Assembly: GCA_963676615.1 (NCBI GenBank)
Contig: OY781092.1
Coordinates: forward strand, 320,001 to 384,000
Direction of reading: 5' to 3'
DNA: 64,000 bases
DNA from: Candidatus Cloacimonadota bacterium
GTDB lineage: Bacteria; Cloacimonadota; Cloacimonadia; G963667145
Shown here: piece by piece, positions 46,231 to 56,491 of the stretch
How the letters are laid out: each line of letters starts with the position of its first letter
Position numbering within the stretch: the first letter of the stretch is position 1
The notes under the pieces: model-generated
What the model saw: the letters and a program-made list of their open reading frames with translations, nothing else
Told to the model about the DNA's origin: nothing
The model's database searches: none
Made by a program: the position numbers and the translations under genes

Positions 46231-48483
46231 ATGAATGTGATACCTAGTTTGTGGTATTTGGCGCCAGCTGGAGCTTTGATTGCTCTTATTTTTGCGTATG
46301 TGATTTTTTTGGGAGTGAAAAAATTGCCAGCGGGGAACCAAACGATGGAAACCATTGGAAGGCATGTCCGAGAGGGCTCGTTTGCTTATCTGAAGCAGCA
46401 ATACAAGGGCGTGGGCATCTTTTTTGCGATAGCTTTTGTTGTTTTTAATATTATGGCTTGGGGGATGGATGTGCTGCATCCGCTGGTGCCTTGGGCTTTT
46501 TTGACTGGCGGAATTTTGAGCGGCTTGGCTGGATTTTTTGGAATGAATACCGCGACAATCGCCTCTGTGAAGACAGTGCAGTCGGCAACCAAAAGTATGG
46601 ACTCAGCCTTGAAAGTGGCTTTCCGTGCTGGCGGAGTGATGGGTTTGGTCGTGGTCGGCTTGGCTTTGACGGACATCTGTCTGAAATTTTTTGCGCTCAA
46701 CTGGTTTGGGTTTGATTTGCAAATGATTACCACGATAATGCTCGCTTCGGCAATGGGTGCTTCTACGCAAGCGCTTTTCGCTCGTTTGGGCGGAGGAATT
46801 TACACCAAAGCAGCCGATGTTGGCGCAGACCTCGTGGGCAAAGTTGAGGCTGGCATTCCCGAAGACGATCCGCGCAACCCAGCGACGATTGCCGACAATG
46901 TGGGCGATAATGTGGGTGATGTAGCGGGAATGGGCGCAGATTTATACGAATCTTACACGGGCTCGATTTTGGCTACGGCGATTTTGGGTTTTTCCGCTGC
47001 GGCAAAACTCGGAGCAGATGCGATGAATTTTGTTATCGCGCCGATGGTTTTGGCTGGAGTCGGCGCAATTTTGGCGATTGTGGGAATTTATCTTGTTTCC
47101 ACAAAAGAGGGCGCGTCGATCAAAGAGCTTATGGCGAGCCTGAACAAAGGCGTTCATGTGAGCTCGGTTTTGATAGTCGTTGCCGCATATTTCGTCACCG
47201 ATTTGCTGCTTCCTGCCGAGCTATCTTTGGGAATTTTCTTCGCTTCTGTAATCGGTTTGGTTGCTGGAATTTTGGTTGGATATTTTACCGAAAGATACAC
47301 CTCCGACGCTTATGCACCCACTAGAGGCATCGCCAAACAAGGCAGCTTCGGCCCTGCAACGGTGATTATCGACGGACTTGCTGTGGGAATGCAATCGACT
47401 TTCGCCTCTGTTTTGGTAATCGTCGTGGCAATCATCGCCGCTTTCAGCGTTTCTGGCGGATTTACGCAAATGGAGTTCGGGCTCTACGGAATCGGCTTTG
47501 GCGCTGTAGGGATGCTCTCCACTTTGGGCGTAACTTTGGCGATGGACGCTTTTGGACCGATTGCCGACAACGCAGGCGGAAACGCCGAGATGAGCGGTTT
47601 GTCAGAAGAGGTCAGGAAACGCACCGACGCGCTGGACTCTGTGGGGAACACCACCGCCGCAACTGGCAAGGGATTTGCTATCGGTTCTGCGGCTCTCACC
47701 GCGATGGCGCTTTTGGCTTCATACATCGAGCAAATCAGAATCGGCTTTTTGGACTCGCAACAAGAAACTTTCACGGTGGTTTATTCCAGCGGCGTGCGCG
47801 AGGTAATCTCCGTCACCAAAGCTGGTATCGCCGATTTTGTGAACTACTACAACATTTCTTTGATGAACCCGAAAGTTCTTTGCGGCTTGTTCATCGGGGC
47901 GATGGTCTCGTTCGTTTTTGCGGCGATGACGATGAAATCTGTCGGACGCGTTGCCTCTGATATGGTCGCCGAAGTGCGAAGACAGTTTCGTGAAATTGTC
48001 GGCATCTTGGACGGCAAAGCGACTCCCGACTACGCTCGTTGCGTGGAAATTTCGACGATTGGCGCTCAAAGAGAGATGGTCGCACCGGCGCTTTTGGGCA
48101 TCCTCACACCGATTGTGGTTGGCTTGATTTTGGGCGTTCCTGGCGTAATGGGGCTGCTTGTTGGCGGTCTTGCCACTGGTTTTGCGCTGGCGATTATGAT
48201 GAACAACGCTGGTGGAGCTTGGGACAACGCCAAAAAGTTCATCGAAGCGGGCAACTATGGCGGCAAAGGCTCAGATTCGCACAAAGCGTGCGTGGTTGGC
48301 GACACCGTCGGCGATCCGTTCAAAGACACCTCTGGTCCGTCGATTAACATCTTGATTAAACTGATGTCGATGGTCTCTATCGTCTTTGCTGGACTGGTGA
48401 TAGCCTACTCTCCGATGATCGAGAGCTTGTATAGCCAATCTCCGCAAGATCAGGCGACGGTCGTGCAAGCCGACGAAAGATAA
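46231..48483 (+). CDS. hppA: Membrane pyrophosphatase, K+-dependent (probably Na+-translocating)
   Basis: DVGADLVGKVE, DNVGDNVGD, GNTTAA (Ala, K+-dependent type). Confidence 0.95.
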   Translation: MNVIPSLWYLAPAGALIALIFAYVIFLGVKKLPAGNQTMETIGRHVREGSFAYLKQQYKGVGIFFAIAFVVFNIMAWGMDVLHPLVPWAFLTGGILSGLAGFFGMNTATIASVKTVQSATKSMDSALKVAFRAGGVMGLVVVGLALTDICLKFFALNWFGFDLQMITTIMLASAMGASTQALFARLGGGIYTKAADVGADLVGKVEAGIPEDDPRNPATIADNVGDNVGDVAGMGADLYESYTGSILATAILGFSAAAKLGADAMNFVIAPMVLAGVGAILAIVGIYLVSTKEGASIKELMASLNKGVHVSSVLIVVAAYFVTDLLLPAELSLGIFFASVIGLVAGILVGYFTERYTSDAYAPTRGIAKQGSFGPATVIIDGLAVGMQSTFASVLVIVVAIIAAFSVSGGFTQMEFGLYGIGFGAVGMLSTLGVTLAMDAFGPIADNAGGNAEMSGLSEEVRKRTDALDSVGNTTAATGKGFAIGSAALTAMALLASYIEQIRIGFLDSQQETFTVVYSSGVREVISVTKAGIADFVNYYNISLMNPKVLCGLFIGAMVSFVFAAMTMKSVGRVASDMVAEVRRQFREIVGILDGKATPDYARCVEISTIGAQREMVAPALLGILTPIVVGLILGVPGVMGLLVGGLATGFALAIMMNNAGGAWDNAKKFIEAGNYGGKGSDSHKACVVGDTVGDPFKDTSGPSINILIKLMSMVSIVFAGLVIAYSPMIESLYSQSPQDQATVVQADER

Positions 48484-48505
48484 GCTTTTTTGCAATAAAA
48501 TAATC

Positions 48506-48541
48506 ACCGACTTCGTCAAAACGGCGAAGTCGGTTTTTTTT
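48506..48541 (+). terminator. Rho-independent terminator
   Basis: ACCGACTTCGTC-loop-GGCGAAGTCGGT + T-run. Confidence 0.85.
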
Positions 48542-48673
48542 GTGGGGAAATGGGAAAGCTCCCTAAAATTTTAATTGACATCAAAGGAACTCTCTTTTTT
48601 TTGATAAGAGTTTGAAAGCGTTGTAGTTATCGCATTTTAAATGTAATATTTTTTTTGGGAAAGGTAAAATATT

Positions 48674-50467
48674 TTGAACAATAAAAATTTCGTCCTATTT
48701 TTGCTGTTTTGTCTATTTTTTAGTTTTGGTTGGTCTGCCAAAAAACAGGAGACCACGATTTATCAAGACTGGAAAAAGTCAGCGTCGAAGTATCAAATCA
48801 CCAAAGAGCTTTTCAAGGCTGTTTTTGATGTGCAAGAGAAAGAGAAAAAAAGCTCGCGAGATCGAAACAATGTGGTCTCGAGTGCGCAAAGATTTCAAAA
48901 ATACGCTGGCGAGAGAATTAGACGGATCTACATTCGCCAAAAAGATGTTTTTAGCGGAAAAGATTTTTTGTCGCGCCTTGGCAACAACGCTCACATAAAC
49001 ACGCGAGAGTTTATCATTCGCAACAACTTGTTTTTTCAGGAGTATTCGATTGTCAATCCAGAGCTTTTGGCGGAAAACGAAAAATATCTAAGCGATTTGT
49101 CTTACATCAAAGACGCAAAAATTTACTTAATTCCAGTCAAGGGGAGCAAAACTTTGGTCGATTTGGTGCTAGAAATCCGCGATAAATGGGCTGTCGGTGT
49201 TATTGGAGCTTTGACAAATCAGGACAAGTTCCGCATCGGCGTGTATGACAAAAACTTTTTGGGACTCGGCAACGAATTTGATTATAAAACCAGATACAAC
49301 AAGACGACAGACCCGCAATGGGGCAACGATTTTTCTTACACAATTCGCAATGTTGACCAAAGTTTTATGGACTTAACTGTCGATTTTAAAGACGATTACA
49401 GCCAAACGAAATACGGCGGAAGTTTGAATAGGGGCTACATTTCTGGCAAAAAATATGGCGGCGGAGTCTCGTGGCATATCACCGAAGAGAAAGAGCAAGA
49501 ATCAAAAAACGACAGCGTGACGACGGTTACGACGCCCAAAAGCAAAAGTGAAAACCTCGATTTTTGGATGGGCCGCAAGTTCGATTTGCGCAAAAGTTTT
49601 CTCGGATTTAATCAGCTTGCAGTGGCAGCAAGGCAGTTCTCCAAAGATTACGAGATTCGCCCAGATGGCGTGACGAGCGACACCCTGCGCGTTTATCACG
49701 ACATCAACTATTTTCGGCTGGTTTCGTTTAGTATGAGCAAGCAAGATTTTTACAGCAGTAGCCTGATTTACGGCTTTGGTGTGACGGAGTATATCCCATA
49801 CGGCAAAAATTTTGAGATTGTTTACGGACGCGAGAGTGGCGAGTTTATCAAGCGCGATTATGCGGGCATCTCCTATGCGCAAGGGAAATTTTACAAAAAT
49901 GTCGGCTATTTATACAACAAAATTGCGCTGGGCGGTTTTTGCATCGTTGACGAAAACGATTTTGAAGATTTGACGCTGCGGATGCAGACTTCTTACTTCA
50001 GTTTGCTCTATAAATGGGGCGAATATTACACGCGTTATTTTGCCAATTTGGATTATGTGACGAGCCTAAATCGGGCGCTGGAAGACAGCATCGGAGTGAG
50101 CGACGAGGAGATACGGGGGCTTAGCTGGAGCAAAAAAGGGGAGCAAAAAATGATCCTCAGCACCGAGATGGTGACTTTTGCACCGTGGGATTTGGTCGGT
50201 TTCCGCTTTGCGTTTTTCGCTTTTGCCGACGGCGGCTATCTGGCTTCAAACGAAAATATCGTCGTGGGCGGCTCTTTTGCCTCGAGTATTGGTCTGGGTG
50301 TGAGGATTCGCAACGAAAATTTAGTGTTTAAAACTTTACAGCTTCGGCTTGCTTATTTCCCTGTGCAACAAGAGGACGGCGAGTATCAATTCCGTTTGTC
50401 GGGCGAAAAAGATTATTCGCTGCCGAGTTTGGACGCAAGTATGCCGGGCGTAATTCAGTATTATTAA
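48674..50467 (+). CDS. Omp85/BamA-like outer membrane protein
   Basis: Signal peptide, POTRA-like segment, NFLGLG, beta-strand C-terminus GLGVRI. Confidence 0.65.
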   Translation: MNNKNFVLFLLFCLFFSFGWSAKKQETTIYQDWKKSASKYQITKELFKAVFDVQEKEKKSSRDRNNVVSSAQRFQKYAGERIRRIYIRQKDVFSGKDFLSRLGNNAHINTREFIIRNNLFFQEYSIVNPELLAENEKYLSDLSYIKDAKIYLIPVKGSKTLVDLVLEIRDKWAVGVIGALTNQDKFRIGVYDKNFLGLGNEFDYKTRYNKTTDPQWGNDFSYTIRNVDQSFMDLTVDFKDDYSQTKYGGSLNRGYISGKKYGGGVSWHITEEKEQESKNDSVTTVTTPKSKSENLDFWMGRKFDLRKSFLGFNQLAVAARQFSKDYEIRPDGVTSDTLRVYHDINYFRLVSFSMSKQDFYSSSLIYGFGVTEYIPYGKNFEIVYGRESGEFIKRDYAGISYAQGKFYKNVGYLYNKIALGGFCIVDENDFEDLTLRMQTSYFSLLYKWGEYYTRYFANLDYVTSLNRALEDSIGVSDEEIRGLSWSKKGEQKMILSTEMVTFAPWDLVGFRFAFFAFADGGYLASNENIVVGGSFASSIGLGVRIRNENLVFKTLQLRLAYFPVQQEDGEYQFRLSGEKDYSLPSLDASMPGVIQYY

Positions 50468-50497
50468 GAAAAAACAAAAAAATAGATTGAGATTATT

Positions 50498-52861
50498 ATG
50501 AAAAAAGAAGATACGATTATCAGAAATGCGGAACTAGATTTGGACAAGGCGTTGAATGTGGTGCCGCTTCGGAATGTTATTACTTTGCCAAAAATTGTCG
50601 CGCCGATTATGATTGGACGCAGACAGTCGATTGAAGCGGTGGAGGACGCTCTTGCCAAGCATCAGCGGATTGTGTGTCTGCCGCAAAAATACGACAACGA
50701 TATGATGGACTATTATCCCGATGCGAAAAATTTGCACCGTGTGGGCACTTATTGCAGCATTTTGCAGGTTTTTCGTCTTCCCGATGGGAATTTGCGGATT
50801 TTGGTCGAGGGCATCAAATGCGTTTTGGTGGACAAATTGACGAAAACCAAAGACGGTTTTTATCGGGCAAAAGTTCACGAGATGGAATACGAAAAGAGCG
50901 ACGATCTGGAGTTGCAAGCGGAAATTCGGGCGATAAAAAAGCTTTTTGCGGAGTATATCAAAATCGACGGCAACATTCCCAAAGAGGTGCTTAAGCCGCT
51001 GGAGGAGATTGCCAAACCGAGCGATTTTTTCTATTATGTTTTGGCGAATATCGCCTCGGAAGTGGATAAAAAAATCAATATTTTGAAAATCAGCAACATC
51101 AATCAGGCGTTGAGTCAGCTTTTGCGGCTTTTGCATAAAGAGCTGGAAATTATGAAGTTAGAGAAGAAAATTGATGTTAATGTGAACCACAAACTCAACA
51201 AATTGCAGCGGGAATATTATCTGCGGGAGCAACTCAAGGAGATCGAGAGCGAGCTGGGTATAAGCGAGGATAAAGACAGCGAAGTCGAAGAGTTAGAGAG
51301 CGAATTGTGGGATCTTAATTTGTCGGAGCAGGTGAAAAAAATTGTTGCAAATGAGTTGCAAAAGTTGAAAAGAATTCCGTCGGCAGCGCAAGAATATACG
51401 GTGATTTACAACTATTTGGATTGGATTCGAAGTTTGCCGTGGGACGACGATATTACCGAGAATTTTGATTTGGCGAAGGCGCAAAAAGATTTGGATGCGA
51501 ACCACTACGGTTTGGCGAAGGTCAAGGATGTGATTTTGGAGTATGTTGCGGTGCTGAAATTTGTGCAGGAAAATCGCGGCAAGATTTTGTGTTTTGTTGG
51601 CGCTCCTGGTGTCGGCAAAACCTCGCTAGGCAAAGCGATTGCTGCGGCTTTGGGCAAAAAGTTTGCTCGTCTTTCTCTTGGCGGTGTGCGTGACGAGGCG
51701 GAGATCCGTGGGCATCGCAGGACCTATGTAGGAGCTGTCCCCGGCGTGATTATCAACTCGATAAAAAAAGCTGGCACAATGAATCCAGTGATTATGATGG
51801 ACGAGATCGACAAGCTGGCTAGCGATTTTCGGGGAGATCCAGCTTCGGCGCTTTTGGAGGTGCTGGATCCCGAGCAGAACAACACTTTCCGCGATCACTA
51901 TTTGGATTTCGACTACGACCTCTCCAAAGTGACTTTCATCACGACTGCCAACACTTTGTCGTCGATTCCGTCGCCGCTTTTGGACAGGATGGAGATTGTG
52001 CAACTGCCGGGCTATACGATGTTCGAGAAAGTAAATATCGCCAAAGAACACCTAATTCGTCGGCAGATTGAGACTTTCAAGACCGCTGGCAAAGTCGAAA
52101 TCGCTTTCAGCGACGAGATTATCAGCTACATTGTGAAAAACTACACGCAAGAAGTTGGTGTGCGACTTTTGGAAAAGCAAATCGAGAAAATTTATCGCAA
52201 AGTTATTCGTGAGACGATTCAAAACAAGAAAAAAAAGGTTAAATTGAAGCTGACCAAAAAGTTGGTCGAAAAATATCTGGGCGTGTCCAAAGTTGTCCCG
52301 CCGAAGATTGAGAAAAAAGATGTCGTCGGCGTAGTAACTGGACTTGCTTGGACGATGGTTGGCGGCGAGACGCTCAAGATCGAGATTAGCAAATTTCCTG
52401 GCACTGGCAAAATCAAGCTGACGGGAAATTTGGGCGATATTATGAAAGAGTCGGCTCAGGCGGCGTATACTTTTGCGCGCGTAAACCAAAAAAAATACAA
52501 ACTGGACAAAGATTTTTACAAAAATACCGATTTGCATTTGCATATTCCAGAGGGAGCCGTGCCGAAAGATGGACCGTCGGCTGGTGTGACGATGGCGACA
52601 GCGATTGTGTCGGTGCTTTCGGGCAGAAAAGTGCGAGCCAGCATCGCCATGACGGGCGAGATTTCCCTCAAAGGCGAAGTGATGGCTATCGGCGGTTTGG
52701 CGGAAAAGCTGGTGGCAGCTGGGCAAGCCGAGATAAAGAAGGTGCTGATTCCCAAAGATAATTTGCCGCATCTGCAGGAAATTCCCGCGGAAATCAAGGA
52801 CGGTCTGGAGATTGTGCCGGTGGAGACGATTGATCAGGTGCTCAGCGAGGCTCTTGTGTGA
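50498..52861 (+). CDS. lon: Lon protease
   Basis: GAPGVGKT, HRRTYVGA, PKDGPSAG. Confidence 0.97.
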   Translation: MKKEDTIIRNAELDLDKALNVVPLRNVITLPKIVAPIMIGRRQSIEAVEDALAKHQRIVCLPQKYDNDMMDYYPDAKNLHRVGTYCSILQVFRLPDGNLRILVEGIKCVLVDKLTKTKDGFYRAKVHEMEYEKSDDLELQAEIRAIKKLFAEYIKIDGNIPKEVLKPLEEIAKPSDFFYYVLANIASEVDKKINILKISNINQALSQLLRLLHKELEIMKLEKKIDVNVNHKLNKLQREYYLREQLKEIESELGISEDKDSEVEELESELWDLNLSEQVKKIVANELQKLKRIPSAAQEYTVIYNYLDWIRSLPWDDDITENFDLAKAQKDLDANHYGLAKVKDVILEYVAVLKFVQENRGKILCFVGAPGVGKTSLGKAIAAALGKKFARLSLGGVRDEAEIRGHRRTYVGAVPGVIINSIKKAGTMNPVIMMDEIDKLASDFRGDPASALLEVLDPEQNNTFRDHYLDFDYDLSKVTFITTANTLSSIPSPLLDRMEIVQLPGYTMFEKVNIAKEHLIRRQIETFKTAGKVEIAFSDEIISYIVKNYTQEVGVRLLEKQIEKIYRKVIRETIQNKKKKVKLKLTKKLVEKYLGVSKVVPPKIEKKDVVGVVTGLAWTMVGGETLKIEISKFPGTGKIKLTGNLGDIMKESAQAAYTFARVNQKKYKLDKDFYKNTDLHLHIPEGAVPKDGPSAGVTMATAIVSVLSGRKVRASIAMTGEISLKGEVMAIGGLAEKLVAAGQAEIKKVLIPKDNLPHLQEIPAEIKDGLEIVPVETIDQVLSEALV

Positions 52862-53097
52862 GGATCGAGTTCGCAAAACCGATTCAGCAAGACGCCGAAG
52901 GCAGCTACTACCACCTGCGGATTCCGCAAGAACAGCAATATTTTTTTGCCAGCGTCATAGAATCTTTTTCGGGACTCGCCAACCACACAACCGACCGAGC
53001 CGACAAAAGCGTCGTGATTTTTTTTGCCAGCCGCAGCCAAACGGCGGCTTTTGAGGAGATATTAAAATTTTTGACAAATTATGAAAATTTTGAATAA
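52858..53097 (+). CDS. Small hypothetical protein (DUF4911-like)
   Basis: 79 aa, coupled to lon; family call from recall only. Confidence 0.55.
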   Translation: MRIEFAKPIQQDAEGSYYHLRIPQEQQYFFASVIESFSGLANHTTDRADKSVVIFFASRSQTAAFEEILKFLTNYENFE

Positions 53098-54898
53098 ACT
53101 ACTGTTTTGCTTTTTCGCTTTTGCCTCTTGCCTTGGAGCCATGGAGATCGACTCTTTGGAAGGTTTGCAAGAGGGGCAAGAGTATATTCAAGCCATCAGC
53201 GTTGGCGATACTGCCGCTCGGCGCAGAAGCGATTTTGAAAAACTTGTGGAAGGCGACTCCGTTGCCACGGAAATTTCCGACAGCATTCCCGTTGAGGACG
53301 AAGACAAATTTTTGTCACTTTTTCGCCAGCGCATCGATGTGGAAATCGGCTCGTTTTTGGACAAAGACAAAGCCCGAAACGCTGTGCCGCTTTTTTTGTA
53401 TAAAGAGAACAATCACTACTATTCGCCTTCGCCGCTGCGGCAAGATGTGCAGGTTGACGAGTTTTACATCTCGCCTTTTCTTTTGCGAAAATATCAGCTC
53501 TACCAAGATTATCGGCCGTTTTTTTCGGAAAATTTGCGAGAGGGCGCGCTCTATTTCACCCAAGAAAATTACGATATGCCGATTTTGCTCACCAAAGCAG
53601 AACTGGCGCAAGGCTATAACAGCACCGATTTAGACCAGGCGATTCTCAATATTTACAAAAGCCAAGTTTTTGGCTGTTTGGATTTTCACCTCGGCTTCAA
53701 CGGTAGCTCGGGCAAATGGCTCTCGGAGGAAGTGCGCGAAAAGACCAAAGACCTTTTCGGCGAAATCCGCTACTACTACAAAGATTATCTGTCGCTGGAA
53801 TACTCGTATTTGCACCTCGACCACGATTTGCCCAACGAAAAGCTATTTTTCCAAAAAATCGGACAGACCCCAAAAGCCGACTCGCTGCTGGACAACAGCC
53901 TGATTACCTACAAATCGCAACAACATTTTGTCGTCTTCCGCTCGATAATTTTTGACGCTGGCTACAGCTACTCCTACAGCGAATTTTTGGGCGACAGCCT
54001 GCTGAATATCGACCAGCATTACGACGCCGAAAGCTATTTTTACGCCCTAGATTTGGACTTCTGGGAGCAAAATTTAGCCGTCGGCCGCAAATATTACAAC
54101 AACTACAAATCGACCAAAATCGACGACCGCCTTTATTACAAAGGCAAATTACACAGCAACTGGTGGCACGGTTCAACTTTGCGCGGATATTATGACAAAA
54201 CCAACACCAGCGTTGACTTTAGCCAAGGTTTGCCCTGGGGATTTGAGCTGTTTTGCGACTATACCGACAGAGAAAATCAAGCAATCGACACGGCGTTCAT
54301 TCCATTTTCCGATGTGATGTATCGGCAGGTTGACAAATACAAATCGACTTTTTACGGGCTGAAATTTAATAACAAATTTTTGAGCGGTAGCGCCTCTTTC
54401 GGCAACCTAAAACAGACCATCTCCGAGCACACCGTTTTGACCGACACGCACCTTGTCAGCAGCAGCCAATACGCTAACAACCTCCTGCGCAGCGATATGA
54501 AAGTGCGGCTTCCGTTCAGCCTTTGGGGGCAAAAAATGGCGCTGTCGTATGGGCTTGAGATGCGCAGATTTTTGTCGGGCGAAATCCCTTGCTCGTTTCC
54601 AAAATCGCAAATGCTGGAAAGCTACGAGCTGATTTTCTACTTCGACTACGGCAATGTGCTGACTCTGGGCAGGCGAGAGTATAGCGCCTCCGACTATTTC
54701 GCCAACTTTTCAGATTTGGACGCCAAGAGCTTCACCACCTCCGACAAACTTTTGGACTACTATCTGCAGCTAGATTTGACAAAACAGTTTTCGCTTCTTT
54801 TGGATGTCAAAAATTACGACAAAGACGAAACATTTTTGGGCGCGCCCGTCTATCGTCGCCACTTCAAAATGAACTTCGTTTGGTATCTTTTCGACTAA
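53081..54898 (+). CDS. Putative outer membrane beta-barrel protein
   Basis: Signal peptide, aromatic-rich, ends FVWYLFD. Confidence 0.6.
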   Translation: MKILNKLLFCFFAFASCLGAMEIDSLEGLQEGQEYIQAISVGDTAARRRSDFEKLVEGDSVATEISDSIPVEDEDKFLSLFRQRIDVEIGSFLDKDKARNAVPLFLYKENNHYYSPSPLRQDVQVDEFYISPFLLRKYQLYQDYRPFFSENLREGALYFTQENYDMPILLTKAELAQGYNSTDLDQAILNIYKSQVFGCLDFHLGFNGSSGKWLSEEVREKTKDLFGEIRYYYKDYLSLEYSYLHLDHDLPNEKLFFQKIGQTPKADSLLDNSLITYKSQQHFVVFRSIIFDAGYSYSYSEFLGDSLLNIDQHYDAESYFYALDLDFWEQNLAVGRKYYNNYKSTKIDDRLYYKGKLHSNWWHGSTLRGYYDKTNTSVDFSQGLPWGFELFCDYTDRENQAIDTAFIPFSDVMYRQVDKYKSTFYGLKFNNKFLSGSASFGNLKQTISEHTVLTDTHLVSSSQYANNLLRSDMKVRLPFSLWGQKMALSYGLEMRRFLSGEIPCSFPKSQMLESYELIFYFDYGNVLTLGRREYSASDYFANFSDLDAKSFTTSDKLLDYYLQLDLTKQFSLLLDVKNYDKDETFLGAPVYRRHFKMNFVWYLFD

Positions 54899-54899
54899 A

Positions 54900-55850
54900 A
54901 TGACGATTTTCTCGATGAATATTTACGCCGCGTTTGCTTTGCTGATAATTGGATTTTACTTTCTTTTTGTTGCGGCAGAAAAATTTGTCGATTTGGCGGT
55001 GATCATCTCGGCATATTTCGGACTTCCGGGGATAATCACCGGCACGATAATCGTCGGTTTTGCGACCTCTGCGCCTGAATTTGCGGTGAGCATTTTGGCG
55101 TCTTTGCAAGGTCTTTCGCAAATGGGACTTGGCAACGGAGTGGGCAGCGTCATCTGCAACGAAACTTTGGGACTCGGCTTTGGGCTTGTGGCAATTGGCG
55201 CAGGCAAAGCAGCCAATTTCGACAAAAAATATCTAGCGAAAGTGCTGATTTTTTTGGACGCAGGACTTTTGGTGCTTTATCTTTTTATGCGAAAAGACGG
55301 CACGCTCTCGTGGCAAGAGGCTCTCTTTTTCGTAGTCTGCTTGGGCTTATATTTTTTGCAAGTCGCCCGAAATTCCAAAAAAGCGAAACTCGAAAAAGTT
55401 TGTCCCAAAAAAAACATCTGTTTTTACCTTTTTGGCTTTTTGCTAGTTTTAGTTTTGGTCGTTTTTTTGAGTAAATTGGTGGTCTTTTCCGCCGTTTATA
55501 TCGCCGATTTTTTCTGCGTAAGCAAGACGATAATCGCCGTTACGATAGTCGCTCTTGGCACTTCACTACCCGAAGTCGCCACAGCTTTTGCCGCCTCGCG
55601 CAAAGGGCATCTGGACATCGCCGTGGGCAACATCATTGGCTCGGATGTATTGAATATTTTCGGCATCGTCGGCATCTCGGCGCTCATTCACCCTGTCAAA
55701 ATCAGCGCAGCGGAGCTCAATTTCGTCTTTGGCTGGCTAGCATTCGTGGCAATCATCACCGCTCTGACCATCTACAAAGGATACAAACGCCCATTTTTGT
55801 GGGGAATTTTGCTGATAAGCGTCTATTTGGTTTACCTATTTTTCGCTTAA
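54900..55850 (+). CDS. Calcium/sodium antiporter
   Basis: ATSAPE and GTSLPE repeats, GNIIGS. Confidence 0.92.
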   Translation: MTIFSMNIYAAFALLIIGFYFLFVAAEKFVDLAVIISAYFGLPGIITGTIIVGFATSAPEFAVSILASLQGLSQMGLGNGVGSVICNETLGLGFGLVAIGAGKAANFDKKYLAKVLIFLDAGLLVLYLFMRKDGTLSWQEALFFVVCLGLYFLQVARNSKKAKLEKVCPKKNICFYLFGFLLVLVLVVFLSKLVVFSAVYIADFFCVSKTIIAVTIVALGTSLPEVATAFAASRKGHLDIAVGNIIGSDVLNIFGIVGISALIHPVKISAAELNFVFGWLAFVAIITALTIYKGYKRPFLWGILLISVYLVYLFFA

Positions 55851-55924
55851 AAAATAATTTTATTAGTTGACACAAAGGCACAAAAAAAAATTTTGCTTAA
55901 GAATTAGATGCGAAATAAGGAGTA

Positions 55925-56215
55925 TTGATGTTTTATTTTTTGCTTGGAGTTCATATTGTCATATCGCTTTTGTTGATTTTGGTAATTTTGTCGCAATCCT
56001 CAAAGGGCGGAGCTTTGGGAGGTGCCTTTGGTGGCGCCGCCAGCACAGCCTCTTTTGGCGACGAAGCAGAAACTATTTTGAAAAAGTGGACGAAATACTT
56101 TATTTTGCTCTTCGTGGTTTCTTGTTTGGCTTTGGCTTTTTACACAAAAAATCTTAACTCGAAAGTTAGCGACGCCGAAGTGAGTAAGGAGTTACAAAAG
56201 GAATTGGCTAAGTAA
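55925..56215 (+). CDS. secG: Preprotein translocase subunit SecG
   Basis: Two TM helices around QSSKGGALGGAFGG; followed by tRNA-Leu. Confidence 0.92.
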   Translation: MMFYFLLGVHIVISLLLILVILSQSSKGGALGGAFGGAASTASFGDEAETILKKWTKYFILLFVVSCLALAFYTKNLNSKVSDAEVSKELQKELAK

Positions 56216-56255
56216 CAAGCTTTATTTTCTTTTTTTAGAATTTTATATTGTGAGT

Positions 56256-56344
56256 GCAGAAGTGGTGGAATTGGTAGACACGCAAGACTAAGGATCTTGT
56301 GCCCGCTTTTGGGTGTGCTGGTTCAAGTCCAGTCTTCTGCACCA
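56256..56344 (+). tRNA. tRNA-Leu (anticodon AAG)
   Basis: Stem CAAGA/TCTTG around loop CTAAGGA; long variable arm; GGTTCAAGTCC; encoded CCA. Confidence 0.92.
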
Positions 56345-56356
56345 TTTCTATCTCAA

Positions 56357-56445
56357 GCAGGAGTGGTGAAATTGGTAGACACGCAAGATTCAGGTTCTTG
56401 TGCCCGCTTTTGGGTGTGCTGGTTCAAGTCCAGTCTCCTGCACCA
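56357..56445 (+). tRNA. tRNA-Leu (anticodon CAG)
   Basis: Loop TTCAGGT; same body as the preceding tRNA; encoded CCA. Confidence 0.95.
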
Positions 56446-56491
56446 TTTTTTGGGTAGAGGCTTTGTTGGTCTGATACTGAAATGCCGAGAG

